DNA of 63,826 nt, the filler included, from Stramenopiles sp. TOSAG23-2 (Eukaryota): assembly GCA_900128395.1 (NCBI GenBank). It is 7 parts of 7 records of this genome, joined end to end, with 100 filler letters (N's around TTAATTAATTAA, not from the genome) between each part and the next. Parts side by side here need not be neighbours in the genome. Positions count along the whole stretch, not along the records: positions 20,479 to 30,607 come from LT650042.1; positions 30,708 to 40,829 come from LT650043.1; 5 more parts are not named here. One strand, 5' to 3'. The translations under genes were made by a program, and so were the position numbers. Shown piece by piece: positions 24,001 to 34,836 of this stretch; position 1 is the stretch's first letter; each line of letters starts with the position of its first letter. The notes beneath the pieces were generated by a model that was given only the letters and a program-made list of their open reading frames with translations, was not told the origin of the DNA and did not search any database.

Positions 24001-24839
24001 TAACCCAAATGCGTGCTTTACATCGTGTGGAAATACAACGTTTGCGACGTCAATTGCATCAATATAAGAAATCTAATGGCGAAAATGTCGGTGAAGGTGA
24101 TGATGATGAAACAAATACAATGCGAGAAGATGGTACAATTGTCGGTTTAGATGGTATTGAGCCATCTGGCATTGATCTATTAAATTTCCAAGCATCTCGC
24201 ATTGCATCAGATGTATCATCGTACGGTTCATCTTCTGGGGAAGATGTTCCAGTTGATCAAATGTCTTTGAATGACATGAAAGATCACATCATACAATTAC
24301 GCCAGCTTTTATCCCGTGCACAAAAAACAATTAAAAAAGAACGCAAATTGAAGAAGGAAGTTGAAAGTGCACTTGCTACTGCAATTCGAGAAAAGAATGC
24401 CGCACAGAGACAGGCAAGAGCGTGGGCATCAGCCTCTGCATCCGGGTCAACAGCAGCTGCTAATAATATACCTTTAAAATCTGTTAAATTTGCATCGACA
24501 GGTCTTCCAGGTGCTAATAATACAAATGATCCCGCACGTACAGTACGTATTCATAGATCTGGTACAGTTGAAATACTTACTGGAACCACTGATGATAGTA
24601 GAAAGCATTCCAGTAGTAGTGAAAATGGTGATGTTATCGAAATGGATGAAGATGTTACAAACAAATTATTTCTATCACCACAAGGAACTATTGAGAAGAG
24701 GAGAAAATTGCAACAAGAAGTAGCAAACGAAGATGAGTTAACATTACCATCGCAAGATAATGGTGATGATGGGGATAATCAAAAGTCTGATAAGCCAGCT
24801 GTTGCAAAATTAGATCAATATTTGAAAAATCATAAATAA
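21051..24839 (+). CDS. Large coiled-coil protein with disordered termini and a twice-repeated NDPxRTVRIHRSGTVEI motif
   Basis: 1262-aa ORF with long E/K/R/Q heptad-rich segments (approx. 23130-24070), a poly-Asn tract from (AACAAT)n, and Lys-rich patches. Confidence 0.8.
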   Translation: MNFNPPSGNTYKPPPLSSKNNSKVRAVSGIIPNSGGLMFALPTYEEAGEDTPKLNRNRQQKTSAPRASFTKSRSGKGKNKNRVKKASKTKDTSININVPVVNFVESPLQDTSSIHRISVNKQEQQVQQLDKLPSWKEFSSHDDDSSDSKGSDSPRSTSETDVLSSPLENTTTTRRVKKKKKKVLSKKKSSPKYGLTSSKKRSGTRRTKKKSRNSPRDSVKKSDVEPTATAFEADDDEYSDNNNNNNNNNNNNNNNNNNNNDDDDESKSGSSNSSSISLSALAASTNDEWYNNNEQDDNKNVKTNNKKEKNENRHNSDTKTRTRMKRKLERKKREKASQKLSPEHAEIIKLQQQKHPSRIKIDSTNGNDPSRTVRIHRSGTVEIVTGNQRDEYNNMYGNNDDYDQQNLDDEDNDDDFDNDSYEVLQNFWKKRRDVLNKIDTKFSKSFGIRKNQDNLTEADRWRQRFGIRPEWHEIPRREAFTIRDNIDTRIEDHFTAKMNDIENNNMGSATTAISKEITLKQENDDLKARLNVNEEKFVALEKEWKKTLETLAAKSPRKSPRKSPSKKALLNNNSFKVLTPERNRYTEGESEQKKIELEQATTGWLRWLRECIGVKATQVQNSKNNSAANVQRMNRFQELAKFDASSVSDASSFDGRYRSNNHTFDVEHDERASSPPPPLPPALQESAIGPEAHALERACVSLMEAVQAKETLRKKLYRTMMQKSRSATAKAKAEMEEQYNRVLDNLKEEHKAKIRELKEKVEEKDEKLQIAESDSNRRHKEEIEKLKHKIEESESRFKKVKEIAKHDAEYELYQQRNELEKDHRTKYEVVQAQVIKLQEENEVFRSRENDFDIAKVKEELRVSEETLKKAREYGELHYNRARSLEETLNKQINEVKEEARNAVNRAREEHTIRLNAIRNTHEEQLTTLKAKTNSLKQDQELMVRRMQNENKRRMQEATKAARQEASRNITTARTEFEALAESKVTQMRALHRVEIQRLRRQLHQYKKSNGENVGEGDDDETNTMREDGTIVGLDGIEPSGIDLLNFQASRIASDVSSYGSSSGEDVPVDQMSLNDMKDHIIQLRQLLSRAQKTIKKERKLKKEVESALATAIREKNAAQRQARAWASASASGSTAAANNIPLKSVKFASTGLPGANNTNDPARTVRIHRSGTVEILTGTTDDSRKHSSSSENGDVIEMDEDVTNKLFLSPQGTIEKRRKLQQEVANEDELTLPSQDNGDDGDNQKSDKPAVAKLDQYLKNHK

Positions 24840-24900
24840 AAAGACAAATCTCTCGCATCGTATCTGATACTCGTACTTTTATTTTAAAAATTTTTTGATA

Positions 24901-25036
24901 GGTTAAAATCTAAGTTATACGAGTATAATAATTTTACTTCTCAATGTTAAATATTCGTAATATGCTCAAATACTCAATCTCGAGAATAAATATTCTATCC
25001 TACTATTAATAAAGCTCTCATGCGCCGCCGCAAGCT
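24901..25036 (+). repeat. Dispersed repeat family copy
   Basis: Aligns over its length with 13958-14100 on a different contig. Confidence 0.8.
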
Positions 25037-25242
25037 AATACTCTATAAGCACAAGTAGGTCTGAATCCAGTATAACACACTCGATGAAAGTGATGTGAAC
25101 AGTCCATAGGTTTTCCAAAGTTTGGTGGTTTATATTTTTAATCAGATGTATTCGTATTATATACGAAGCGTATCATATCATACACTTTCATACCATACTA
25201 TAAAATATTCGTATCATATACGATTCGTACAACCAAAACATT

Positions 25243-27304
25243 TTACGCCACCTTCCTCTTTACATATTTATAATTCTCTCTGGTCTTCTTACGAGATTGT
25301 GATGGTTTTTCCCCAAACTGCCACCAAAATAGTAATTTATTAATAGCATTACCAATTTCTATAACAGTCATTATTACACCTAACGACTCCAAATCATCAT
25401 ATGTGATACTATTAAATTGTTTCGCGTACATATACATCTTTATACGCTGTGGAATTAAGCAGAAGTAAAAAATTAAATCCAAATGTTTCCACCAAGTTGG
25501 TCTGCGAATACGAATATTTGATAAACAGCCATGTTTTTGTTTATCACGTCCAAGACCAAATAATAATATTGATATACTAAGCCAAAAATTGTAATAATTA
25601 AATCTGACAGCCGCATTCCATCCTTCCTTAGAGTCTGGGAAAATGTACATCATGTAATACAAGCCAACCCGTGCAATATGGTGTATTATATGCGGCAATA
25701 ACGCAACAAAACCACTTTGACGGAAAATATACATGTCTACAAAACTTGTAATAGAGAATATTAGCCAAATTGTACTTGCTATCTCTACATTTAAATTTAA
25801 ATGGACAAAATAACCACTGATTAAAGTCAAAAATAAATAATAACAATGAGACCATCGAATACTCTGTGGATTTGGACCTTTGTCAGTATTGATATTAAGT
25901 TTGGTGTCATCATATCCATCAATAATATCGTTCCATTTCGTTGCAAATGTTTCTTCTGTATTGAATACATAATCATATTTACCATCATCAATATCTGATG
26001 CATATTGAATTGCATCTTTTGATGCTTGTACCAACAAGGAGGAGGACGATGATGATGTCTCTTCCACTGTTAAGAGTGAAATCAAAATATTAGTTAATTG
26101 CTCTAAGTCATTTGGCTTGTACAACCATGAATTTTTCTTCTCTGTGTCATTATCATCGTTTAAATTACTAGACATGCTTATGCTAATCAATTCACCTACT
26201 TCAGAACTGACAATTATACATCCACAACAAACTGCTTCAGATGCTGCCATACAATAATTTTCTACATTGGATGAATGAATAAAGATATCACTTGCTAAAA
26301 AACATTTTGCCACGGCATCAGGGTCTCTCTGCTCGCCAATAAATTTAACTGGTAATTTGTGTTTTTCAATATACGTCTCTAAACTTTTGCGATATTTTAA
26401 ATCACTAGTATTATTGCATATTATGGAGAGATTCCATGGCTTTAACATACTTGTTTCTGTATTAAATGTGTCAGTGCATAATTTTAGTGCTTTTAACATT
26501 AACATGATATTTTTCCGTTCTACTGTATTACTGACGCAAAGAAACTTTACGTCAGCTTCTTGATCGATAAATTTAGTTTTTTCTTTCACACGGCCAATAA
26601 ATCTAGCTCTAGGCGTAATGATAGATGTTTTTCTTACTTGTTGCATTTCTTGACGGTATTGTTGATAAAACATTTGCACAGAACAATCACTGGCTCCTAT
26701 GAAATGATCTAATTTCAATATTGCTTCTTTCTCTTGACGTTTACATAATTCACGTAATTTATCGCTTGTATCTGGTTCAACGCAGAAAGGGTATTGCAGG
26801 AAAGCTAAATGTTTAATATGATCCTCTTTGCGGCATATTTCATCAGATAGTATGTTATCTACGACTTGTAAAATAGCAAAGCCATCAAATATAATAATTG
26901 CCTTGTTTGGTAAATTTTGATATTTTTTAACTAAAGTATTCGTATCCATTAAGTCTCTATTACCTTGTCCATGTTGATGAGATGTATTTTCATCACCTTT
27001 ATTAGTATTAGTTAAATCACTGTTGCCAAATAAAGGATGTTTCATTTCTAACTCCCATAATTCTATATGATTATGGGCACTGGTTTTTAATGCTTTGTAT
27101 ACATCATGCCCATAAATGAATCCACCTATGTGGAGCGTAGCGGATATGAGTGAGTGATGTGTTAGAGAGGATATCTTTTTTTAGGTTTAGGGGAATAGAA
27201 AGTTACTTACCACTGATACCTGTCGATAATTTTCCCACTGTGACAAGTACAATATAATTATCAGGTGTTTGCAATGATTTTAACCATGATGATGATGTAT
27301 TCAT
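25243..27304 (-). CDS. GT4 (GT-B) glycosyltransferase fused to a C-terminal multi-pass TLC-like domain; 2 exons (27304-27211, 27125-25243), 658 aa
   Basis: Splicing GTAAGT...CTAAC...TAG (27210-27126, phase 1) creates ISGGFIYG in frame. GT4 motifs IIFDGFA, FLCVSNTVERKN, SDIFIHSSNVENYCMAASEAVCCGCIIVSSEVG. The hydrophobic tail has HIIHH and FYFCLIPQRI. Confidence 0.8.
27126..27210 (-). other. Spliceosomal intron (85 bp)
   Basis: GTAAGT donor, CTAAC branch point, CATAG acceptor; restores the reading frame. Confidence 0.85.
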
Positions 27305-27749
27305 TCTTCTCTTTTTTGAAAAAAAATGAAGAAGTATATAATATGATAATATATATATAATATTATTGTTTTGTACGTATCTTTTTGACTTTTATCTCGA
27401 CCACGACCAGTATGTGCATATTAATAACTTTTATTATGCACATTCATTGAATTCATGCATGCATTCATGTGGATAATTTTTTTTATTTTTTTTTTTTTTG
27501 AATTATAAAATTTGTGTCGAGAAAATATTGATAGGTTATTCATATTTGTAGTGTTCAAGTAAGTTTTTAAAATATCAAAGAAATGTGATAAAAAATTATG
27601 TTGGAACAGACGTGGTACCACAGTGGTAGTTGGAAGTGTCGAAATATTATCGTTCTCTCTAATTTTCCAATTTTTATGGCATATATATGCGTATACTATA
27701 AAAATATCCGTAAAATATTAATAATCTAAATCTGGATCTAAAGTGAAAA

Positions 27750-29876
27750 CTATATCATTTCTGCAGTTGTAATATATTTTGACGTGGTATTTTGTCTTGA
27801 TCGGGCCTCTAAGTCTGCAGCCTCAGCAGTATTTAAGTCTTCTTCTATTTTCTCGATTTCATGTTCAATTTTATCTCTTTCAGTTTTGGCCGCCATTTTT
27901 ATTTGGTTAATAAATGGGAAACGGTCTATTAATTGTGCATACATATAGTCACCACAATACTTCTTCCTGGTTTTCAATGATTTCCTTTGAATCAGTTTTG
28001 CCTGTTCTTCTCTAATCAAATTCACTTTCGTTTTTTGATAGGCGTTGTCGATTATAGAAACGAACATTGTAAAAACAAAATACAGCGTAAAAACAGTTAA
28101 AAAGACTAAAATTATAGGACCTTGGACTTCCATATTTGTCCCCGAAAACTGATCAAAGTCAACATCCCCTAGTGTGCTCCTTGCAATTGCTACCATTGCA
28201 TAACTTGGAGATCGAAAAGAATGAAACATTGTGCCAAATATAAAATTAGTTAAACAACCACATGCAACGATCCAAATCATCAAAAATAACAAAAATGATC
28301 TAGAATCATAAATTGCCATAAAAATAGTAAGCATTGGAAGCCTGCTATTTTGCGAAACCCCTCCAAAATGCTTAATTAATCGAATTGTAGATAAAAATAT
28401 TACGTAAGCTGTTGTGTCCGTATAACCTTGATTTTTTTCTAACAAAGTAAATGCATCGACCATATTAAAAGTACTGTTCTCTTCAAAAAATTGATATAAA
28501 TCTGGCTGGAATCCAAAACCGACAATCAAGCTTAACGTATGCACGAATATATCCAATATATTCCACAACTTTGATTCCGATATTACGTAACCTTTCAATA
28601 AAACTTTCATTTCTATTACTTCCACCATGATAAAATAAAGTGGAAAAATTTGAAATACAAAATGAAATAATATCACGCGTGTATCTACCAATGCTGGTGG
28701 ATAAGTTTGCCCAACAAAAATTTCATATTTCGGTGTCACTAATTGTAACCTGTCAAAATGAAACACCGCACGAAAACATCCTAACACATCGTTAGATAAA
28801 GCAATGTCCTCTTGTGCTTGTATGAAGGCTGTAAACGGAACGACGCAGTAAGACGCCGTCAACACTCTCGTAGATTGGTCCAGCCAGTGATTTGTTCGCA
28901 TATACGACAGCTTTTGTTGATTACAATGCGATTGGTACTTTACCCTGTTTTCAAAATTCAAATCATCAGTCTCAAATGCTTTTTTATCTGCTAATGATAA
29001 AAATTCGCTAAAACCATTGTGTTCTATTCTACGATCGTCTCGAACACGTATTTTCATTTCATTTGTTCCATCTATATACGTATATTTGTGATTGCGGTTG
29101 CAATTGCAACTTTCTGAAACTGTTTTATTTGTCGCCATATCAATGTATATGTACGGAGCGCAAGAACTACATCCACCAGTAGTATCGGCATAAAAATTGC
29201 TATACAAACATGTTTTATTACTAGTTATTCTTGTTAATGTAAACTCATTTTTTTCTGCTTTTGTATATAATTCCCAAAAAGGAGTTGCAGCTCGTTGCTG
29301 CCTAATTTCAGGTTCGAATTTAACATGCAACAAACCATCAATTGTATGTATTTTAAAATTTTTATATGTTTGTTCCTATATATAAAACATCATGTTAGCT
29401 TTATAGATAGGTGAATTAGTATTGCGGGAAGACGAACTTACTGCAGAAAAAGACATAGCATCTGGTGCAAGATATGGCACAAATATTTGGTCCAACCAAA
29501 GCCAAACATCATCCACTTCTTCAATGTCCATGAAAGTCATGCCTGGAGTTGTAAATGGTTTCGTCAATATATTTTTTTTTATTAACTCTGCCATATAAAA
29601 CATCTTTAAGTTTCCTGTCTCTTGAAACGGCAGCGAATCTATAATAGTTGTCATGGATACAACCATCATTAAAATCCACCAAAAAACATAAGAGAAACGC
29701 ATTGTAACCTGTGTGAATTTGTAAATATTATATATAACGGGATGGACGCCATATCCATCCTGACGTCTACCTATTTTCTTAGTATCTTTCTGCAGTAACT
29801 CATCGGAGTGAACTTCCACCTTTTTTAAATCACCAATAGAGTCTTTTTCCTTGTGAACTACCGTTGACTTGATCAT
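27750..29876 (-). CDS. Polycystin-2/TRPP-like cation channel; 2 exons (29876-29442, 29375-27750), 686 aa
   Basis: TM1 then DVWLWLDQIFVPYL, a long Cys-rich extracellular loop with HWLDQSTRVL, then WNILDI, IRLIKHF, pore FRSPSYAMVAIARSTLGDVDF (LGD filter) and S6 FTMFVSIIDNAY. A 66-bp phase-0 intron joins the two track ORFs. Confidence 0.88.
29376..29441 (-). other. Spliceosomal intron (66 bp)
   Basis: GTAAGT donor, GCTAAC branch point, TATAG acceptor whose TAG is the in-frame stop separating the two ORFs. Confidence 0.88.
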
Positions 29877-30190
29877 ATTTTCCTATGATGCGCCGAATTC
29901 GTCTATTTTGTTTAATAAATAAAACAGTTATAGAAGACTTCTTGTGGTTAATGTTCAATTTGCTATTTGTCGAAGAAGATATTGATACAATCGACTAAAC
30001 GATGTAGTGGATAAATGCGTCTGTTATTCTTTATTATTCTATCATTGTACTGCTGTTACTAAAGTGCTATATAAGAAATAATAGTTTGAAATGTTAAGCA
30101 CTTTAAATAAGAAGTTGCAATCCGGCAATACTGTATTAATACTACGTATGTCTGCAGCAGGATAAGGAGTAGACGATTTGATTGTACTGA

Positions 30191-30280
30191 AGAAATTGTA
30201 ATACTACATGTTATTAGTACCATTACTAGACGACTAGAAATTGTAATACTACATGTTATTAGTACCATTACTAGACGACT
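30191..30280. repeat. Exact 45-bp tandem duplication
   Basis: AGAAATTGTAATACTACATGTTATTAGTACCATTACTAGACGACT x2. Confidence 0.9.
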
Positions 30281-30607
30281 ATAGCACTATAGTAATAATA
30301 AATATATTACAAGTTACTAGTATATTATACCTCTTTTACAACAAAAGTTGTACAACAAATTGTCCCCAGGAAGAGGGGTATATTATTGACCAAGAAGGCG
30401 ATAGCACTGTTTTGCTAACTCTACTTTCCAGCTGGTGCAACAAAATCTCCCATGCTCCTACGTTATAGCTCATTTTGTTGTACCAGGAATATTAGGGTTT
30501 CAAGTTCTTAGTGCTATTTAGTGGTAGCTCTAACTCTACTTTACGTATTTATAGTTAAATTGACCCTTTGTCCTTAGTTATAATTTTATTTTGTTGTCCC
30601 AGAACCC

Positions 30608-30707
30608 NNNNNNNNNNNNNNNNNNNNNNNNNNNNNNNNNNNNNNNNNNNNTTAATTAATTAANNNNNNNNNNNNNNNNNNNNNNNNNNNNNNNNNNNNN
30701 NNNNNNN
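30608..30707. other. Artificial contig spacer
   Basis: 44 N + TTAATTAATTAA + 44 N. Confidence 0.99.
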
Positions 30708-31023
30708 ACGGGAGTAAAAGAATTTTATATAACATATGAGTAAGAGAAAAACACATATATATATATAAAAAAGAAAAATACACAAAAGTGTGCAAAATAC
30801 GACTCGTATCATATATTGTAATATGAGATACGAAGTCGTAATAAATATAAATATTTTATAAAACTATAAATTTTTTCAAGATGGTAACATTGATTCTTTT
30901 AAAACTAATAACTTTCGAATCTCCATTGCTCGTCTCCCATTTGCTTCACGACTAAATGAATAACTGTGGTGTAGACCTGGTAAACGTAGTAGAATTACTC
31001 GATCGAATATATTTTCGTCAATT

Positions 31024-31284
31024 TCACGCAAAAATAGCCACAACACACACCAAAAAGGCTGGCACGAAAGAATACGTTGCTCTCGTGCTGGCATCTAATT
31101 TATCCTCTTCAGTTTTGCCCTGGCTAACTCTTGGACCGCGTGCCATTTTAGTCGTTGTCGTTGTAAGTTCCTGAATGGGCGTTGTATTAGGCGTTTGTGA
31201 ACTTGCTGTAGGAGCTACTGTCGTTGTTGATGGCGCTACTGTCGTTGTAAGTTCTTGAATGGTTTGTGTCAGATATTCCTTCAT
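31024..31284 (-). CDS. Small Thr-rich (mucin-like) peptide with a GPI-signal-like C-terminus, possibly a gene fragment
   Basis: IQELTTT x2 and TTTVAP x2. Ends DASTRATYSFVPAFLVCVVAIFA (small residues, spacer, hydrophobic tail). No signal peptide visible. Confidence 0.4.
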   Translation of the reverse strand: MKEYLTQTIQELTTTVAPSTTTVAPTASSQTPNTTPIQELTTTTTKMARGPRVSQGKTEEDKLDASTRATYSFVPAFLVCVVAIFA

Positions 31285-31463
31285 TTAAATCATTCCTCGA
31301 CTACTTTTAATTGTTTTTTATATTTTTTATTTATTTTATTATATAGTTTATTATTATGTCTTGGTTTGTGTCAGATATTCCTTCATTTAAATCATTCCTC
31401 GACTACTTTTAATTGTTTTTTATATTTTTTATTTATTTTATTATATAGTTTATTATTATGTCT
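31260..31463. repeat. Exact 102-bp tandem duplication
   Basis: 31260-31361 equals 31362-31463. Confidence 0.9.
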
Positions 31464-31883
31464 TCATCATGTACATGTAAACGTTACACCGTCATATAAC
31501 TTAATTCTTCGCTTGCGCTCAGAATTCCTAATTGTTGTGGTGCTGCAGCTGCAGCAGGCGAAGATGAGGGGATCGAGTAGTCCCAGTAGTCAACTAACAA
31601 TTTTTAAAAATAAAATGATGATGGTTAATGGTTAATTGACTTTTACCCATCACACCGACTGTACATAAAATTGTACTTAATTCATCCCTTTCAACAAGTT
31701 TGTTCTATATTTTCATCAAAAAATAATAATTAATTTACCAAAAATAATAGATTATTTGTATTACATGTAGCTATAGATATAACACATGAACAAATACATG
31801 ATAAATGACATTTACATATATATATATATAGATATAGATACATCGGAATATTGAATCATTATTACGATCAAATTACAACAAGA

Positions 31884-33667
31884 ATGCTAGGAATTGCATT
31901 GGTGGTTGAAGATGCAAATCATGGACAACGTTTGGCATTTAGATATCCAGCATCCTCTCGTATGAAAATAAGTGAAAAAGATAAAGATAAACATGATAAT
32001 AACCCATATGCATGTTTAAGTAAGGAAACGGATGGAGATATATATAGTGATAGCAATACATCATCTAGTTTTTTAAGTGGATTTTTTGACTTAGATCCAA
32101 CATTTTTTGCACAATTGTTTCGTCCAAAAAATGAAATGTGTAATAAACGTAAGTACTTTTTTAAACATTTGAAATTTTCACTTTATATATACATTTATAT
32201 AAATAATATTTCTTTGAAATGATGTGACTTGACTAACAGTATATATATATATATACATCCATATATTTCATAGTTTTTGAACTTGAAGTAGATCAAGTAA
32301 CGTTTATATCACACCCTGTTATATGCGGTAACAATAAATTAAATTTATTCAACGTTGTTTTTGCATTACCTTCAAATATAGAAGTATTTCAACAAAATAA
32401 AAATAATGACAAAGATAATAACAATAACAATAATACTACTAGTAATAATAATAATAGCAATAGTAACAAAAATAAAAAAAATACGATTTCATCAACAACA
32501 AAGAAACGAGATCATTTAATTGGATATAGAATTGCAGCAGCAACATTAGCAAATGCTTTATTTTACGAAGAGAGTCGATGTAATTATGTATCAACAGAAG
32601 CTTTAAAAATTATGGATGTATGGGCACAATTAAAAAATGATAATGATAGTGGTAGCTCATCACAAACATTAATCGATGTATGCTTATCACGTAGCTTATT
32701 AGCATGTGAATTAAAAGATATTTATCACAAATTAAATGAAAATGGATGGGCACATTTCAGTCTAAATCGTTGGATGCCATTATCAATTGCACTTCGTGAT
32801 CCAAATACATACCCGTCAACACCAATACGTCCATACCATACATTGTTACTATTAGAAGATGAATCAAGTGTCTTATCCTCCTTGCCAAGTGATGCATCGC
32901 CACAATTAGCTTTACTGGTAGAAAAATGCAATGCAATGAAAAGTTTTCAAAATTTACATGATGAATCTGGAATATCGTTAATACATATATTTCGTATGTC
33001 TGCGCATTTAGTATATTGGGGTAAAGGCAAAATTATCGATACATTAGCAAAGAACAATGTCTATGCCATCCACCCAAATGCTGATTTAAGTCCACAATCA
33101 ACGTTTGCATTAGAATTTCAACATCGATTTTCCCCAATGACCATACATGAAGCGTTGCATCAATTATCATCAAGATTAGCAAATATAGGGGAACATTTAA
33201 GAGGAATGAATTCAGAGCGACAAGTACAATTTTTACATATATTGACATGGCTTTTAAGGCGTGATTTTTTATTACAAATACATATATACATATATTTAGT
33301 ATTGGATGATACCCAACTGTTACCGGGTGGTTCAATGCGTCATCATCGTAGCAAAGCACGTGGACAATCGACTCATCGACGTGGCAGTGCAATGATGCCA
33401 GATGGTATAATGCCACAATCTCCACCTATTGGCCCTGGTAGAATGCATTTACAACAATATGAACGTGCATATTTAGAGCAAATTGATAATAATACCCCAG
33501 TATTTAACTTATTTAAACGTTTATGTCCATATTTTCATGGTAAACATCATATCGAGGAAATAATGTGGAGGGAAAAGGTTAGTCGAAAAGCTATTTTTAG
33601 TGTATTGGCTAATTATGGCGATGTTTTAGTTACTGTAAAGCAACCTGAAAATAATTACCATCATTAA
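31884..33667 (+). CDS. NPRL3: GATOR1 complex subunit NPRL3/Npr3; 2 exons (31884-32148, 32274-33667), 552 aa
   Basis: GQRLAFRYP; spliced MCNKLFELEVDQVTFISHPV; LFNVVFAL; ALFYEESRCNYVSTEA; SLLACELKDIY; IRPYHTLLLL; AHLVYWGKGKII; FKRLCPYFHGKHHIEEIM. Confidence 0.95.
32149..32273 (+). other. Spliceosomal intron (125 bp)
   Basis: GTAAGT donor, GACTAAC branch point (32231-32237), CATAG acceptor; phase 1 restores the conserved FEL motif. Confidence 0.92.
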
Positions 33668-33830
33668 AATAAAAAAACAAAACAAAAATATCAGTATATA
33701 TTTTTATTTTAAAATATAAATAATGCATTATCATAGTTTTTATTTTTTACATTTTTTACGATTTTACAATACACACACACATACTCGAAAACAAAACGCG
33801 CCCCGACAATCATATCCATCTCCGGACAAA

Positions 33831-34310
33831 TTAATTTTTTTTAGAGTCTTTTAATTCTTCATATTTTAGTCTAGATCTTTCTTCTTTTAATATATCAGTT
33901 AATCTAAACTCTTCAATTTTTTTACGTTGCAATTCAATATCTAATCGTCTGTTAAATATTTCTTTTCTCATTTTAATTAATTGACGTTTTGTTTTTGGAG
34001 AACCAATTGTTTCTGGAAAATCTTTTATTGTTTGTACATCAGCTTCGAGGTATGGTTTATATTCTTGTTTTATTTCCATAGCAAATTCTTTCTCCCTACG
34101 TTGTAATTCTTTCATAGCACGTAACCTAACAGTATGATCAAAACTTTCTCTTTCCTTTGGGGACGTACTTGCTTTTTTCTTCCTATGATTATTATGATTA
34201 TTTTTATAAGATGCACTATCTCTTACCATGGCTAGTTTCCTGGTAATCTTATCTAAATCTTCCCTAACTTTGTTTACACCACAATGGTGTTCCAGACTTT
34301 TATTATCCAT
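33831..34310 (-). CDS. Hypothetical charged coiled-coil protein
   Basis: 159-aa ATG-initiated ORF, K/E/R-rich, flanked by AT-rich intergenic DNA. Confidence 0.65.
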   Translation of the reverse strand: MDNKSLEHHCGVNKVREDLDKITRKLAMVRDSASYKNNHNNHRKKKASTSPKERESFDHTVRLRAMKELQRREKEFAMEIKQEYKPYLEADVQTIKDFPETIGSPKTKRQLIKMRKEIFNRRLDIELQRKKIEEFRLTDILKEERSRLKYEELKDSKKN

Positions 34311-34836
34311 TTTTAAATATATATTACTCTTTTATATACAACAAACAATACCGCCGTGAACTTCTTTATTTTTCCACCGGTTACTCCTTTTATTTGATAA
34401 AATATTGGTTTTGTCTTGTTCCACTAAAAGTTTTTAAATATATGTACACTTCATCTATATATAAATTAAAATGGCGTAGGAGTTAAACAACTATTTTTTC
34501 GTCATCATATAATAATATAATTTGTACTTATTAGTATATACAAGACGTATATAGACACAGTACGAATGATAGGATTACGCGTCGTTTACACATTTTTCTA
34601 AAAAATAATCAAATATGGTTATTATTAGAATTATATGTACACGGTTCGTAAATCTAATATATATGTATCTTTTTTTTATATATTACAACACTAGAATGTG
34701 TGTGTGTTACTTCGTACGAAGTACTATATTTACGTCGTTGTTTCACCAGAAACGTATTGATTTGTTGAGGATGATCCTTCCCCACTTCCTTTGGAATTTA
34801 CATCTACATGATCGCTAGTTTGATAACTTGCAGCTG

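Noticed and set aside
29376-29378. Single in-frame TAG between two same-frame channel ORFs, suggesting readthrough or a reassigned stop codon
   Set aside because: The TAG is the acceptor of a 66-bp GTAAGT...GCTAAC...TAG intron. Other long ORFs have no internal stops.
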